Source: Bacteroidales bacterium (GTDB lineage Bacteria > Bacteroidota > Bacteroidia > Bacteroidales > WCHB1-69). From it: 64,000 nt of DNA. A program made the translations under genes and the position numbers. The stretch is taken from positions 84,539 through 148,538 of the forward strand of contig JAGCUN010000015.1 in NCBI GenBank assembly GCA_017962845.1, given 5' to 3'. Positions 32,967 through 44,646 of the stretch are shown here, piece after piece (positions within the stretch are counted from its first letter, which is position 1; every line of letters begins with the position of its first letter). The notes below the pieces were generated by a model. It searched no databases. It was given only the letters and a program-made list of their open reading frames with translations, and was not told where the DNA came from.

Positions 32967-35579
32967 CTAACGCTTTTTCTTCTCTTTGATGAGCAGATTT
33001 TTGATGTCGTTCAGCTTCATCAACGCCTCCACGGGTGTGAGAGAGTTGATGTCCAAATCCACAATCTGATTCTTCACATCCAACAATAGCGGATCATCCA
33101 AAGCGATGAAACTCAACTGGTAACCCGGGTCAGCCCTTTTCTCAATGTGCTTCTCGACCTTGTTGTCGTGGTGCTCTTCCAACTGTTTGAGCACCTCCTC
33201 GGCCCTCCGCAGTACGCTCGCTGGCATCCCCGCCATACGAGCCACATGAATACCGAAACTGTGTTCGCTCCCACCTGCTTCTAATTTTCTCAAAAACAGA
33301 ACTTTGTTGTTGATTTCTTTGACCGAAACGTGGTAGTTCTTGATTCTTGGGAATTGTGCCGCCATGTCGTTCAGCTCGTGGTAGTGCGTGGCAAACAGCA
33401 CTTTCGCCCGGTGCCGCGGGTGGTCGTGCAGGTATTCGGCAATCGACCATGCAATGGAAACTCCGTCGTAAGTACTTGTACCACGGCCAATTTCATCCAA
33501 CAGAACCAAACTCCGGTCGGAGATATTGTTGAGAATGCTCGCCGTCTCGTTCATCTCCACCATAAAAGTGGATTCGCCGGTGGAAATGTTGTCGGAGGCC
33601 CCAACACGTGTGAAGATCTTGTCAATGAGACCGATGCGGGCCTCCCGTGCAGGAACGAAGCAGCCCATCTGCGCCATCAGCACAATCAGAGCCGTTTGAC
33701 GAAGCAGCGCCGACTTACCCGACATGTTCGGACCCGTGATGATGACAATCTGCTGTTGGTCGTTGTCAAGATAGACATCATTGTCGATGTACGGCTCCCC
33801 GGGCTGCAGCTGCGTTTCAATAACAGGATGCCGTCCCGCCTTGATCTCCAGCGCAGTACCCTCATTAATCTCAGGGTGCGAGTAACGGTTGGCCTCCGCC
33901 ACATTGGCAAAACAGGCCAGCACATCCATTCGGGCCACCAACCGGGCATTCAGCTGAATCATAGGGATATAGTCCATCAAGGCCAGAACCAATTCGTTGT
34001 ACAGCCGCCCTTCAATGTTCAGAATCTTGTCCTCCGCCCCTAAAATCTTGTTTTCCAGCTCCTTCAACTCTTCCGTAATATATCTTTCCCCGTTCGTTAA
34101 GGTTTGTTTGCGAATCCAGTCGCCCGGCACTTTGTTCTTGTGCGCGTTGGTCACCTCGATATAGTAACCGAACACATTGTTGAAACCAATCTTGAGGGAG
34201 GGAATGCCCGTATTGGCGGATTCGCGCTGCTGGATTTCTGCCAGAATGCCTTTGCTGTTGCTGGCCAGCTCGTTCAGCTCATCCAACTCCTGGTCCACCC
34301 CGCGGTTGAAAACTCGCCCTTTGTTCAAGGCCACGGGAGCATCTTCACTAATCTCTTTTTCAATGCGCTGGCAGATGGTCATGCAGGCATTCAGCTGTTC
34401 CGAAATCTTTTGGAATGCGGGCTGTTCCTGTTTCTGACAGAGATTTTGCAGCTGCTGTATGGAGCGTAAAGCCTTGGCCAACTGGAGCATCTCGCGCGGG
34501 TTGATTTTGCCGGTTGCGATTTTCGACCCGATGCGCTCAAGGTCGCCGATGCTGCGGATGCAAACCTCCGCATCGTTCTTAAAGGATTCGTTATCAATAA
34601 AATATTGCACAGAAGCGAGCCGTTCCTCGATAAGAGATTTCACCTTGAGCGGCATCAAAATCCATTTTTTCAGCAATCGTCCGCCCATCGGCGTGAGTGT
34701 TTGGTCAAGGATTTGCAGCAGAGTGACAGCATTTTCATTGGGTGAATGGATGAGTTCGAGGTTGCGGATGGTGAAACGGTCAAGCCACATATATAGCTCC
34801 TCTTCAATCCGGCTTATTTTATTGATGTGCTGAATTTTGTGATTCTGAGTTTCGCTCAGATAGTGCAGGGCGGCCCCCGCCGCAATGATACCATAAGTGA
34901 GGTTCTCTATGCCAAATCCTTTCAGGGAGTTGGTCTGGAAATGCTGGGTAAGAAAGGGGAGGGCATAGTCGGTGGTGAAAACCCAGTCGTCAAAGGTGGT
35001 GAGGAGGATTTTCTCACCGAAATGTTCCCGGAAATCCGCACTTTTCCCTTTCTGAATCACCATCTCCGCCGGCTTGAAATTCTGAAGCAGCTTGTCGATA
35101 TACTCCATATCGCCTTCTGCGATATAGAACTCCCCAGTAGAGGCATCAATAAAAGCAATGCCGATATTTTTATCGGAGTAATGGATGGCACCAAGAAAGT
35201 TGTTCTCTTTCTGTTCCAGTATTTTATCATTGGTGGCGATACCAGGAGTCACCAGTTCGGTGATGCCCCGCTTGACAAGCGTTTTGGTGAGCTTGGGATC
35301 TTCCAACTGGTCACAGATGGCCACCCGATAACCTGCCCGTACCAACTTGGGAAGGTAGGTATCAATGGCATGGTGGGGAAATCCAGCCAAATCCATATCC
35401 GCCGCCGCTCCATTCGACCTTTTCGTCAGCACAATCCCCAAAATCTTTGAGGTTTTCACCGCGTCTTCTCCAAAAGTTTCGTAGAAATCGCCCACCCTAA
35501 ACAGCAAAATCGCATCCGGATATTGGGATTTGAACTGATTGTATTGTTTCATCAAGGGAGTTTCGCTCTGTTTCGCCAT
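32967..35579 (-). CDS. mutS: DNA mismatch repair protein MutS
   Basis: The start is placed at [36 protein letters not shown] (35579). Walker A is GPNMSGKS. The 78-codon upstream extension of the ORF is non-homologous and contains the promoter box. Confidence 0.95.
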   Translation of the reverse strand: MAKQSETPLMKQYNQFKSQYPDAILLFRVGDFYETFGEDAVKTSKILGIVLTKRSNGAAADMDLAGFPHHAIDTYLPKLVRAGYRVAICDQLEDPKLTKTLVKRGITELVTPGIATNDKILEQKENNFLGAIHYSDKNIGIAFIDASTGEFYIAEGDMEYIDKLLQNFKPAEMVIQKGKSADFREHFGEKILLTTFDDWVFTTDYALPFLTQHFQTNSLKGFGIENLTYGIIAAGAALHYLSETQNHKIQHINKISRIEEELYMWLDRFTIRNLELIHSPNENAVTLLQILDQTLTPMGGRLLKKWILMPLKVKSLIEERLASVQYFIDNESFKNDAEVCIRSIGDLERIGSKIATGKINPREMLQLAKALRSIQQLQNLCQKQEQPAFQKISEQLNACMTICQRIEKEISEDAPVALNKGRVFNRGVDQELDELNELASNSKGILAEIQQRESANTGIPSLKIGFNNVFGYYIEVTNAHKNKVPGDWIRKQTLTNGERYITEELKELENKILGAEDKILNIEGRLYNELVLALMDYIPMIQLNARLVARMDVLACFANVAEANRYSHPEINEGTALEIKAGRHPVIETQLQPGEPYIDNDVYLDNDQQQIVIITGPNMSGKSALLRQTALIVLMAQMGCFVPAREARIGLIDKIFTRVGASDNISTGESTFMVEMNETASILNNISDRSLVLLDEIGRGTSTYDGVSIAWSIAEYLHDHPRHRAKVLFATHYHELNDMAAQFPRIKNYHVSVKEINNKVLFLRKLEAGGSEHSFGIHVARMAGMPASVLRRAEEVLKQLEEHHDNKVEKHIEKRADPGYQLSFIALDDPLLLDVKNQIVDLDINSLTPVEALMKLNDIKNLLIKEKKKR

Positions 35580-35597
35580 GTCATCAAATTTTGAGTG

Positions 35598-35605
35598 CAA
35601 AGATA
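35598..35605 (-). promoter_or_regulatory. Bacteroidota -7 box (TATCTTTG on the minus strand) for mutS
   Basis: The plus strand reads CAAAGATA, 18 nt upstream of the ATG at 35579. Confidence 0.45.
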
Positions 35606-35650
35606 CCACTTTTATTCTAAAATCATGGTCCGCTGTTACGAAAAAAGATG

Positions 35651-35658
35651 TACTTTTG
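35651..35658 (+). promoter_or_regulatory. Bacteroidota -7 box TACTTTTG
   Basis: Exact match 21 nt upstream of the ATG at 35680. Confidence 0.5.
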
Positions 35659-35679
35659 CACCCTAATACTACAGTACGC

Positions 35680-36066
35680 ATGTTATACATTCTGATTGCC
35701 ATTTTTATTGTCGCCATTTTTATGAGCACGAGGAGAAAACCCAAAAAATCGCCTGTAGCCTCCTCTGCCGAAATACCAGATGGGGACAAGCCGAACCCAG
35801 GTCGTTCACCCAAATTTAAACAACCGAAAATGCGGAAATCTGAACAAAATTCTCCGAAAAATGAGAGTTATTTCACGTATGAGACTTTGGAACCAGAAAA
35901 CCTCACCGACCCTGTTTCTCCTTCTACTTATCCCAATTCATCCATTGAAAATGAACAACAAATCATTGAAAATGAGCAACAAAATACTATTGATTTGAAA
36001 TTTGACGAGGAAGAAATTAAAAAAGGACTCATATATTCTATTATTTTAGAAAAACCTGATTTTTAG
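35680..36066 (+). CDS. Small N-terminally membrane-anchored protein with a disordered, charged linker (hypothetical)
   Basis: The start is placed at [16 protein letters not shown], a transmembrane helix downstream of the -7 box. The middle region is rich in Pro, Lys and Ser, and there is a duplicated IENEQQ. Confidence 0.45.
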   Translation: MLYILIAIFIVAIFMSTRRKPKKSPVASSAEIPDGDKPNPGRSPKFKQPKMRKSEQNSPKNESYFTYETLEPENLTDPVSPSTYPNSSIENEQQIIENEQQNTIDLKFDEEEIKKGLIYSIILEKPDF

Positions 36067-36183
36067 TTAGTTAAAGTTATTTATAATTATTTTAAATATT
36101 TAAAGGGTGGTGCGCTGATTTTTTTGTAAATTAGCGCGCTAATTTTTATGGTGAAAATAATGTTTAATATAAATTAGTTTGAT

Positions 36184-39100
36184 ATGGTAAAAAAGTTACT
36201 CTTGACGCTCTTAGCGGTCATTCTCTGTAGCAGTTTTGCGCTCGGTCAAGGTACGATCAAAGGAACCGTAAAGGATCATACGGGTGTAGCGTTGGGCTAC
36301 ATCAATGTGTCCTTGAAAAAAGAAGGCCTTGACGTGAATTACACGATGACTGATGCCGAAGGTAAATATCAGTTGCACGGCGTGGCAGCTGGTACCTACG
36401 ACTTGGTGTTTGATGCGACCCTCAACCAGTGTGGTAAAACATACGAGATCAAAGGCATCAAGTACAATGGACAGACGATGATTCAGGATGCGAAAATCAA
36501 CTGCGATGTGACAGTACTCGATGTTGACTTCTCTGTCGTCTACCAACGGCCCCTCATCGATGTTGACGGTACAGCCACCACCACCATCCTCGATGCCGAT
36601 GATGTACGCAAACAACCCGGACACGATGTAACTGCAGCTATCTCCACCGCTGCTGGTGTTACCGCCATCGATGGTAAAATGCAGTCCGTTCGTGGTAACC
36701 GTTCCGATGGTCAGAAAACCGTGATCGACGGTATGACCGTCCGCGGTACCGGCGGTGTATCTATGGCCTCTATCGAACAGGTTGAGCTGATCCAGGGTGG
36801 TATCCCGGCAGAATATGGTGATGGTAACTCCTTCACCATTATTACTACCAAGGGTATCTCCAAAGACCTCCACGGATCTGTGGAGTTCATGGGCGCTCTC
36901 GATGGCTATAACAACTTCTTGGGATCCGTCTCCCTTACAGGCCCTCTGGCTAAACCCAAAATTCAAGGCGAACCCGCCCGCGTCGGTTTCCTCCTCACGG
37001 GTGATATTAGCTATGACAAGGATGCCAGCCCCGCACAAGGTGGAACGTGGAGAGCTACCCAAGAGGCTATCGACTACCTCATCCAAAATCCCTATCGTTA
37101 TAGCCCGACTGAATTTGGCGCCCATTATTCCAATGCTGAATATATGCAGGCGGAGAACTTCAAAAAACAGCGCGTCAGAGATAATGCCGGCCAGCTGAAC
37201 TACTTGATCCAAGCCAAACTTGACTTCCTCATAGGTGAGAAAAAAGCTATCAATCTCTCCATCGGCGGTATGTATGAGTTCACCCGTTACAAAAATTGGG
37301 GAATCACCTCCGCACTCTTCAACGCTCAAAACAATAGTCAGACCCAAATCAACACCTGGCGTGTCAATGCCCGTTGGCAACACCGCATCCAGCCCAAGAA
37401 TGACTCCATTATTAAAAATATAATGTATAATATTAATGTTAACTATACTCATTATGATACATGGACCCGCGACATGCGTCATAAAACCAACCTCTTCGAG
37501 TATGGTCACATCGGATATTATAAAACTACCAAAGCCCGCTCCTTCGTCAGAGACTCCATTACCATTGATGGAATCACTTTGTATGATGTGAACATCCTGG
37601 CTAACATCTATGACTCTATCGTCGATTATAGCGCCACTCCTTGGGGAAGCAACGATGAGTCCCTCATCTCCAACCCCGACCTCGTTCCCTATGTCACCAC
37701 ATTTACGAATGCATACAGTCCTCAAACTATCTATGATTACTTTGGTGTGGTTCCCTATAACAAAACTCTCTACCAACAGTTCGGTGCCCTCCTCAATGGT
37801 GACTCCCCAGAGTCTGTATATAGCATGTACTCCGCACCTGGCTCCGTCTCCAGCGGCTACAATAAGTCAGAGGAGTCTCAGATTGGTGCCAACGCAAGCC
37901 TCTCCCTCACCATTAAAGACCATGATATCAAATTGGGTTACATCTTTGAAAAACGTGCCTCCCGCTATTTCGGCGTCGCTCCTTACGGTCTGTGGACTCT
38001 GATGCGAAGCAGCGCTAACTATCATATCAGCGAGTTGGATAAAGACCATCCTTACCTCATTGGCGAAGACACCGTTCTGTATGATCGTCTGTTCGATGCA
38101 GAAGCACAGACCACCTTCGACAGAAACCTTCGTAAATCCCTTGGTCTTGACCCCAACGGTACGGATTGGATCGATATCGACAATATGTCCCCCGATCAGT
38201 TCTCTCTTAGCATGTTCTCACCCGAAGAGCTGTTCAATGGTGGTTCCGCTTACATCTCCTACTATGGCTATGACTACACTGGCACTAAGAAATATACCAA
38301 GAAGACCGACATTAACGACTTCTTCAATAAAACAGATGAAAATGGTGATAAGCTGTATAATGTAGGTGCCTATGAGCCTGTTTACATGGCTATGTACATC
38401 CAGGATAAGTTCTCCATCAATACGATGATGTTCAATGTCGGTATCCGTGTTGACCGCTTCGACGCTAACCAGTATGTGTTGAAAGACCCCTACCTCTTCC
38501 GCGAAGCTTACCAAGTGGGCGAGCTGAGAGGAACCTTCCTCGATGGTAATGGTCACGACATGATCGCTTCTAACGCCGAAGATGATTGGGTGGTGTATGT
38601 GAACCAAATGGATAAAACCCTTGACCCCGAAAACACCAACATCATCGGTTATCGTAAAGGTCATAACTGGTACGATGCTAATGGTGCTATCGTTACTGAC
38701 CCCTCCAGCGTATTGGGTGCTACCGGTGGTCCTATCTTGAAAAACGCCCTCGACGATAAGGCAGTTTCTAAAGTAGAAGGTGGCGCATTTGAGAAATATG
38801 CTCCCGCTTGGTCAGTCATGCCTCGTCTCTCATTCTCCTTCAACGTGTCAAGTAAGTCCCTTTTCTATGCCCACTATAACATCATCACGGTACGTCCTAC
38901 TGACCTCCGTCTTGACCCGATCAGCTATTTGTGGATCGAAAAATTGGGCCCCAACCAGAATAACGTTATCAATAACCCGCGTCTGAAACCTTCCAAGAGC
39001 ATCGATTATGAAATCGGTTTCCGTCAGATGATCGGCGAAACTTCTGCCATCAGCCTCTCGGCTTACTATTCAGAGAAACGTGACCAGGTACAGTGCTACC

Positions 39101-39912
39101 GTTATACTGGTGCATATCCGTCCACTTATTATTCATACGACAATATCGACTTCGGTACGGTTCAGGGTTTCACGGTCAGCTACGACCTCCGCAGCAACAA
39201 GAATGTGACCCTCCGCGCCAGCTATACCCTCCAGTTTGCTAAAGGTACTGGTTCCAGCGAAACTTCCAGCTTGGCCATCATCCAGTCCGGCCAGCCGAAC
39301 CTGAGAACTCTTACCAACCTGAGCTTCGACCAGCGTCATAAATTGAGCGCTAACCTTGACTATCGCTTCGGCTGGGGTCCCCAATATAACGGTCCTAAGA
39401 CCCAGAAGGTAACCAAAGAAGGAACGACCAAAGAAATTAATTGGTTAGAAAACTTTGGTGTTAACATCAACTTCTCCGCAGGTTCAGGTCTCCCGTACAG
39501 CCGTTCCAGCAAACCTTACTCCACCATCGTTAGTGCCGGTAAGAGCCAGCTCTCAGGTACAATCAATGGCTCTAACATGCCTTGGATTTATCAATGTGAT
39601 ATTCGTATTGACAAAACCTTCATCTTCGCTCTCAAGAAAGATAAAGAATCTGGTAAGCCGATCAAAAGAGGTTTCCTCAACATCTATCTTGACGTGATGA
39701 ATCTCTTCAATTTCAAGAACGTGATTTATGTCTATGAATACACTGGTAATGCTGACGATGATGGTTACCTTACCGCTACTGAATACCAACAGCAGATCAA
39801 TTCACAAGTTGATGTCTCTGCTTACACCAACTATTATAGAATGAGAGTTGCGAACCCGTATAACTACACTATGCCTACCCGCGTGCGTTTGGGTGTTAAC
39901 TTCTCCTTTTAA
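36184..39912 (+). CDS. Oversized TonB-dependent-receptor-like outer-membrane barrel with a carboxypeptidase-regulatory-like N-domain
   Basis: 1242-aa ORF with signal MVKKLLLTLLAVILCSSFALGQ. It has a CarboxypepD_reg-like segment (GTIKGTVKDHTGVALGYINVSL...GKYQLHGVAAGTYDLVF), a plug-like segment (SVRGNRSDGQKTVIDGMTV...IEQVELIQGGIPAEYGD) and an OMP-type C-terminus (GVNFSF). Confidence 0.85.
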   Translation: MVKKLLLTLLAVILCSSFALGQGTIKGTVKDHTGVALGYINVSLKKEGLDVNYTMTDAEGKYQLHGVAAGTYDLVFDATLNQCGKTYEIKGIKYNGQTMIQDAKINCDVTVLDVDFSVVYQRPLIDVDGTATTTILDADDVRKQPGHDVTAAISTAAGVTAIDGKMQSVRGNRSDGQKTVIDGMTVRGTGGVSMASIEQVELIQGGIPAEYGDGNSFTIITTKGISKDLHGSVEFMGALDGYNNFLGSVSLTGPLAKPKIQGEPARVGFLLTGDISYDKDASPAQGGTWRATQEAIDYLIQNPYRYSPTEFGAHYSNAEYMQAENFKKQRVRDNAGQLNYLIQAKLDFLIGEKKAINLSIGGMYEFTRYKNWGITSALFNAQNNSQTQINTWRVNARWQHRIQPKNDSIIKNIMYNINVNYTHYDTWTRDMRHKTNLFEYGHIGYYKTTKARSFVRDSITIDGITLYDVNILANIYDSIVDYSATPWGSNDESLISNPDLVPYVTTFTNAYSPQTIYDYFGVVPYNKTLYQQFGALLNGDSPESVYSMYSAPGSVSSGYNKSEESQIGANASLSLTIKDHDIKLGYIFEKRASRYFGVAPYGLWTLMRSSANYHISELDKDHPYLIGEDTVLYDRLFDAEAQTTFDRNLRKSLGLDPNGTDWIDIDNMSPDQFSLSMFSPEELFNGGSAYISYYGYDYTGTKKYTKKTDINDFFNKTDENGDKLYNVGAYEPVYMAMYIQDKFSINTMMFNVGIRVDRFDANQYVLKDPYLFREAYQVGELRGTFLDGNGHDMIASNAEDDWVVYVNQMDKTLDPENTNIIGYRKGHNWYDANGAIVTDPSSVLGATGGPILKNALDDKAVSKVEGGAFEKYAPAWSVMPRLSFSFNVSSKSLFYAHYNIITVRPTDLRLDPISYLWIEKLGPNQNNVINNPRLKPSKSIDYEIGFRQMIGETSAISLSAYYSEKRDQVQCYRYTGAYPSTYYSYDNIDFGTVQGFTVSYDLRSNKNVTLRASYTLQFAKGTGSSETSSLAIIQSGQPNLRTLTNLSFDQRHKLSANLDYRFGWGPQYNGPKTQKVTKEGTTKEINWLENFGVNINFSAGSGLPYSRSSKPYSTIVSAGKSQLSGTINGSNMPWIYQCDIRIDKTFIFALKKDKESGKPIKRGFLNIYLDVMNLFNFKNVIYVYEYTGNADDDGYLTATEYQQQINSQVDVSAYTNYYRMRVANPYNYTMPTRVRLGVNFSF

Positions 39913-39934
39913 TTAACCGTAGCAAAAAAATATC

Positions 39935-42900
39935 ATGAATATGAAAAATATATGTAAGATCTTATTTTTGGCAATTTTGCTGCTTGCCTCCGGTTCGCTG
40001 TCTGCTGAAAAATATAAAGGCTCAACAGCTGTTCCGAAGAGAGTACAAACACGTGCAGCTTCTACGTGTTTACCTGCAACAAACTCCAATGAGTTGATAG
40101 TCAACAATGTGAGAGCTTATTTGGAGACCAACGGTACGATGTGGTTCAACGAAATCGCACAATACGAGGTACCTTATGGTTCGGGTAAGACCTCCATGTT
40201 CGCTGCAGCACTTTGGATTGGTGGTAAGGATATCAATGACCAGTTGAAACTGGCCGCCGTTCGTTTCCGCCAAAGAGGTGATGACTTCTGGACAGGACCG
40301 CTGACCCTGAATGGAGCTTCTGTCACACAGGAGACCTGCGCCGCATGGGACAAACATTTCAAAATCACCCGCGCGGAGGTTGAAAACCATATCGCTAATT
40401 GGATGAACGCAGATTATGTGATGCCGAACAGCATCCGCAACTGGCCCGCCCACCCCATGGATCTTTCTGCAGGTCAGTCATATTATCTCGCTCCTTTCTA
40501 CGATAATGATGGCGATGGTGACTACAATCCTGAGAATGGTGACTATCCTTACTATGACCTCGACAATGAACTCTGTCCTTGGACTGAAAAGAACCGTGCC
40601 CTTGCCGCTGCCGACCAGCTTCCGAAAACTCCTGAAGAAAGAATGGGCATCTCTAAAGGTATGGTGTATGCAGACCATGTTCTCAAAGGTGATGCTACCC
40701 TTTATTGGATTTTCAATGATAAGGGAGGTCCCCACACTGAGTCCCAGGGCGAACCCATCGGTCTCGAAATCAGAGCACAGGCCTTCGGTTTCGCTACCAA
40801 CGATGAGTTAAACAACATGACTTTCTATTCATACGAAATCATTAACCGTTCAACTTTCGACTTGACCCAAACCTATTTCTCTCAGTGGGTTGACCCCGAT
40901 TTGGGTTATGCCGACGATGACTATGTGGGTTGCGATGTGGCCCGTGGTTTGGGTTACTGCTACAATGGTCGTAACATCGATGGTCAGGGCTTGGCTCAGC
41001 ACTATGGTTCTCAGCCGCCTGCGGTAGGTGTTGACTTCTTCCAGGGTCCCTACCTTGACCCCGATGGTTATGACAACCCCTCCTTCAATGGCCGCGCCGA
41101 ATTTGGTCCTACCATGGAAGGAAGCTGCGACATCGTCGCCAATGACGGTCAGCTTGGTCTTTTCAGCTGGGATCCCAATCCGGATGCTGAAGAAGAACAT
41201 GAAATGATTGTTGACTCCCTCGTCCTCATTCGTTCGGAAGCCATCAACGGTGTGAACTTTGGTGATGGTATTAAAGATAACGAACGTTTCGGTATGAGAA
41301 GATTCGTTTACCACAACAACGACAACTCTGTTGTGGGTGACCCTGACGTTGCTTATGGTTACTACAACATGTTGCGTGGTATTTGGGCAGATAACTTGAA
41401 AATGAAATATGGTGCTAACGCCCACCCGCTGAATGGTGCTACCGGTCCTGATTGCGACTTCATGTTCCCGGGTCTCTCCGATCCCTGTAACTGGGGTACC
41501 ATGGGTGTCGTTCCCGATGCTTCCACCTACAACAATTCCGCTGACGGTTGGACCGAAGCAGCTGTGGGTAATGCTCCCGCTGACCGCCGTTTCATGCAAT
41601 CAGCTGGTCCCTTCACCCTCCGCGCAGGTGCCGTCAACTACATTACTGTCGGTATTCCGTGGGCTCGTGCTACGAGCGGTGGCGCTCAGGCCTCCGTCGA
41701 CGCCCTGAAAATCGCCGACGACAAGTGCCAGTCACTTTTCGAAAACTGTTTCAAGGTTTTGGATGGCCCGGATGCTCCTACTGTTTACATCGAAGAATTG
41801 GAGAACGAGCTCATCCTCTATCTTACCAACCTCGAAACTAGCAACAACTATGCCGAAGGTTATGAAGAAGAAGACCCCACCATCCCCGTTGATCGTTTGG
41901 ATGAAACCATTACGGTATCTTATGATACGGTTTGGTGCACCATTTCAGGTATCGATACCTTCATTCTTCAAGCTCATGACGTTTCTACCTTTGATACCAT
42001 TCAGTTTGACAATAAATATCATTTTGAAGGTTATATGATTTATCAGTGCGCCAGCGCAGACGTGAGTGTTACTGATATCGGTGACTTGAACAAAGTACGT
42101 CTGATTGCCCAGTGCGATATTCAGAACGGTATCACTCAGCTGGTGAACTGGATCCATGATGACGCTATCGGAACCTCCGCTCCTCATGAAATGGTAAGAG
42201 GTGAAGACTTGGGTATTCGTCACTCCTTCGTGGTTACAGAAGATAAATTTGCAACCACCTCTACTCAGTTGGTTAACCACAAGAAATATTACTTCCTCGT
42301 TCTGGCCTACGCTCAGAACAACTACTGGCCCTTCTCTATTGAAGAGAACTCCGACCACGGCTTGACGGGTCAGAAAACCACCTTCCTTGCAGGTCGTCGT
42401 AATATTGGTGATCAAGAGAATAGCGGTAGCCCGTATGTGGGCATTCCTCACAATCCGACTCCTGAAAACGGAGGTACCGTGACTAATTCCGTCTATGGAA
42501 CCCAGCCTATGATTACTCGTATCGAAGGTCAAGGAAACGGTGGATTCTATCTCGATATGACCGATGAGTGCCGTGACGAGATCCTCAAAAACGGCCGCAT
42601 CGACCAGATTACCTATTTGAATGACCATGGTCCGATCAATGTTAAGGTTGTCAATCCTCTGAAGATTCAGCCTTACGACTATGTAGTACGTTTCATTCCT
42701 TCAGACACGGCTACATTAGATGTTACTCCTGAAGATACTTGGGTATTGGAAGTTGTGGATGAAAACGGTAACGTGAAGATGGATTCGCTTGGTTTCCCCA
42801 TGCAGTACGATGCACAGACTTCTATCTCTATCAATAATGAGCAACTCTTCCTTGACCTCGGTCTTTCTCTGACTATTTTGGATTACAACTTTGCTATCCA

Positions 42901-44614
42901 TCAAGATAATCTTGCAACTTATGTTGCCAATAATGGTGGTTATACTTATAAGAATGTGTCCACTCACGCTCAGGTTGATTTCCTCGGTTCTGAAATCACC
43001 TATGCTGATGAGAGCAAGCCTTGGTTGGGCGGTGTAGTAGATAATGAAGGTGACCTTCCGGATAACTGGATCCGAAGCGGTATTCAGGAGGCTGGTCCCT
43101 GGGATGAAGCATCTGGTACACAAAATGGTGTCGAAGATGAGTATGCCAAGTGGAAAACAGAAGACTTCTTCTTCCTGATGCCCGGCGGTACCCTTTCAAG
43201 CAGTACTTGGTCAAGCCGTGCTTGGAAAGACCCCAACCAGCAATTTGAAAAAGTAATCAATGGCACATGGGCTCCCTACGTGTTGAGTTCTCCGTATTAT
43301 GGAGGCCCCATGGCTCGTTTCATCACGCCGGATAATAACCGAGACGAAGCAGCTAACGCACCTAGTCCTATGTATTGGGATATTAATAAGATGAAAACTA
43401 CGCAAGGTTCTCCTGGTTTCAATCAAACTATGACCAACCTTTATTCCGTAGATATCATCCTCACTCCTGATAAAGACAAATGGACTCGTTGCGTTGTACT
43501 CGAATCCTGCGACGATGCCACCAAGTCAGAAGGCGGTGCCCTTTGCCATGAACCTCGTAAACATGCATCTGTCGATAAGAACGGTAACCCCGACGGTACA
43601 GGTGAAGGTATGGGCTGGTTCCCGGGCTATGCCATCAACGTCGAAACGGGTGAACGTCTGAACATCATGTTTGCTGAAAACTCATCAGATCCTGAAAACA
43701 ACGGTAATGATATGCTTTTCAACCCCACCAATGTTTTTGCTGTTGACCGTGATGGGAATACGATAGAACAAGCAGTCTATGACTACTGGTTTGCTAATCG
43801 TCCTGACTTATACAATGATTTGTATTTCAATCCTTGCTGGGGTGGTAAACACTTTGTTTATATTGTTGGAAGCTCAGGTAATACGAACTCTGTTTATTAT
43901 CGTACCAACTCTATGAATCGTAACTTCGACTCTCAGTACGACTGTGGAGCTTACGATGAAGGTCAATGGTTGATGAATAAATTCAATACCTTTGTTGGAA
44001 ACTCTAATACTGGAGACCAGACGAGAATGAATAGAAAAATGCAGCTCTTCAACAATGTGATGTGGACGAGCATCCCGATGCCCGCTTCCATGCACGAAGA
44101 TGAATGGCTTTCCAATGATGTTACCATCAAAATCCGTGTGAGCCGTCCCTATAAACGCTATTCATCAGGTATGAATATGGGACCTGAAAATCCCCAGAAC
44201 GACAACTTCCCGATGTATAGCTTCACTACCAAAAACATTGCGGTACAGCACAATGTTGCAGAAACTCACCAGAGTATTTTGGACAAAATCAATATTGTTC
44301 CGAATCCGTACTACGGCTATTCAACCTACGAAGGTTCAGCCCTGGAGACCTACGTCAAGATCGTCAATCTGCCCACCTATGAAGATGGTGTAGAGGGTGC
44401 TGTTACCATTTCCATCTTCACCGTCAGCGGTGTCATGGTTAGAAGAATCACCAAGGGTGGTTCAGATACCTTCGTGGATTGGGATTTGAAGAACTCTGCG
44501 AACATTCCGATTGCTAGCGGCATTTACATCATCCATGTGAAAGCTCCTGGAATCGGCGAAAGAACCTTGAAGTTCTTCGCGGGTATGCGTCCTACTGACT
44601 TGAATGCGTTCTAA
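39935..44614 (+). CDS. 1559-aa secreted protein of unknown function with an atypical T9SS-CTD/FlgD-Ig-like C-terminal beta-sandwich tail
   Basis: Signal MNMKNICKILFLAILLLASGSLSA and acidic loop DNDGDGDYNPENGDYPYYD. The tail (44291-44611) reads NIVPNPYYGYSTYE...ISIFTVSGVMVRRI...WDLKNSANIPIASGIYIIHVKA. I saw no C25 peptidase-like GHG motif. Confidence 0.8.
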   Translation: MNMKNICKILFLAILLLASGSLSAEKYKGSTAVPKRVQTRAASTCLPATNSNELIVNNVRAYLETNGTMWFNEIAQYEVPYGSGKTSMFAAALWIGGKDINDQLKLAAVRFRQRGDDFWTGPLTLNGASVTQETCAAWDKHFKITRAEVENHIANWMNADYVMPNSIRNWPAHPMDLSAGQSYYLAPFYDNDGDGDYNPENGDYPYYDLDNELCPWTEKNRALAAADQLPKTPEERMGISKGMVYADHVLKGDATLYWIFNDKGGPHTESQGEPIGLEIRAQAFGFATNDELNNMTFYSYEIINRSTFDLTQTYFSQWVDPDLGYADDDYVGCDVARGLGYCYNGRNIDGQGLAQHYGSQPPAVGVDFFQGPYLDPDGYDNPSFNGRAEFGPTMEGSCDIVANDGQLGLFSWDPNPDAEEEHEMIVDSLVLIRSEAINGVNFGDGIKDNERFGMRRFVYHNNDNSVVGDPDVAYGYYNMLRGIWADNLKMKYGANAHPLNGATGPDCDFMFPGLSDPCNWGTMGVVPDASTYNNSADGWTEAAVGNAPADRRFMQSAGPFTLRAGAVNYITVGIPWARATSGGAQASVDALKIADDKCQSLFENCFKVLDGPDAPTVYIEELENELILYLTNLETSNNYAEGYEEEDPTIPVDRLDETITVSYDTVWCTISGIDTFILQAHDVSTFDTIQFDNKYHFEGYMIYQCASADVSVTDIGDLNKVRLIAQCDIQNGITQLVNWIHDDAIGTSAPHEMVRGEDLGIRHSFVVTEDKFATTSTQLVNHKKYYFLVLAYAQNNYWPFSIEENSDHGLTGQKTTFLAGRRNIGDQENSGSPYVGIPHNPTPENGGTVTNSVYGTQPMITRIEGQGNGGFYLDMTDECRDEILKNGRIDQITYLNDHGPINVKVVNPLKIQPYDYVVRFIPSDTATLDVTPEDTWVLEVVDENGNVKMDSLGFPMQYDAQTSISINNEQLFLDLGLSLTILDYNFAIHQDNLATYVANNGGYTYKNVSTHAQVDFLGSEITYADESKPWLGGVVDNEGDLPDNWIRSGIQEAGPWDEASGTQNGVEDEYAKWKTEDFFFLMPGGTLSSSTWSSRAWKDPNQQFEKVINGTWAPYVLSSPYYGGPMARFITPDNNRDEAANAPSPMYWDINKMKTTQGSPGFNQTMTNLYSVDIILTPDKDKWTRCVVLESCDDATKSEGGALCHEPRKHASVDKNGNPDGTGEGMGWFPGYAINVETGERLNIMFAENSSDPENNGNDMLFNPTNVFAVDRDGNTIEQAVYDYWFANRPDLYNDLYFNPCWGGKHFVYIVGSSGNTNSVYYRTNSMNRNFDSQYDCGAYDEGQWLMNKFNTFVGNSNTGDQTRMNRKMQLFNNVMWTSIPMPASMHEDEWLSNDVTIKIRVSRPYKRYSSGMNMGPENPQNDNFPMYSFTTKNIAVQHNVAETHQSILDKINIVPNPYYGYSTYEGSALETYVKIVNLPTYEDGVEGAVTISIFTVSGVMVRRITKGGSDTFVDWDLKNSANIPIASGIYIIHVKAPGIGERTLKFFAGMRPTDLNAF

Positions 44615-44646
44615 CAGATTGATTAACTGCAAAAAAATTAGAGACT

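Noticed and set aside
35580-35813. 78-codon N-terminal extension of mutS in the ORF track
   Set aside because: Canonical MutS homology starts at [13 protein letters not shown] (35579). The extension contains the mutS -7 box and the divergent promoter of the neighbouring gene.
36211-37776. 521-aa antisense ORF inside the TBDT-like gene. The same applies to the antisense ORFs at 40850-41599, 41945-42628, 58399-59832 and 63070-63804.
   Set aside because: All lie fully inside much longer sense ORFs that have clear domain signatures. Their translations are compositionally odd (G, V, S, D and I runs) and have no start context.
40047-40071. 8-bp inverted repeat AAACACGT-N9-ACGTGTTT early in the 1559-aa ORF
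   Set aside because: It is a single short hairpin inside coding sequence with no associated T-run or repeat partner. It is most likely chance.
39935-44614. The 1559-aa protein considered as the T9SS sortase PorU, because it sits directly upstream of a PorV-like gene
   Set aside because: I could not find C25-type catalytic signatures such as a GHG...C pattern, and it is about 300-400 aa longer than the PorU proteins I know. The idea is not excluded and needs an HMM search (see the operon finding).
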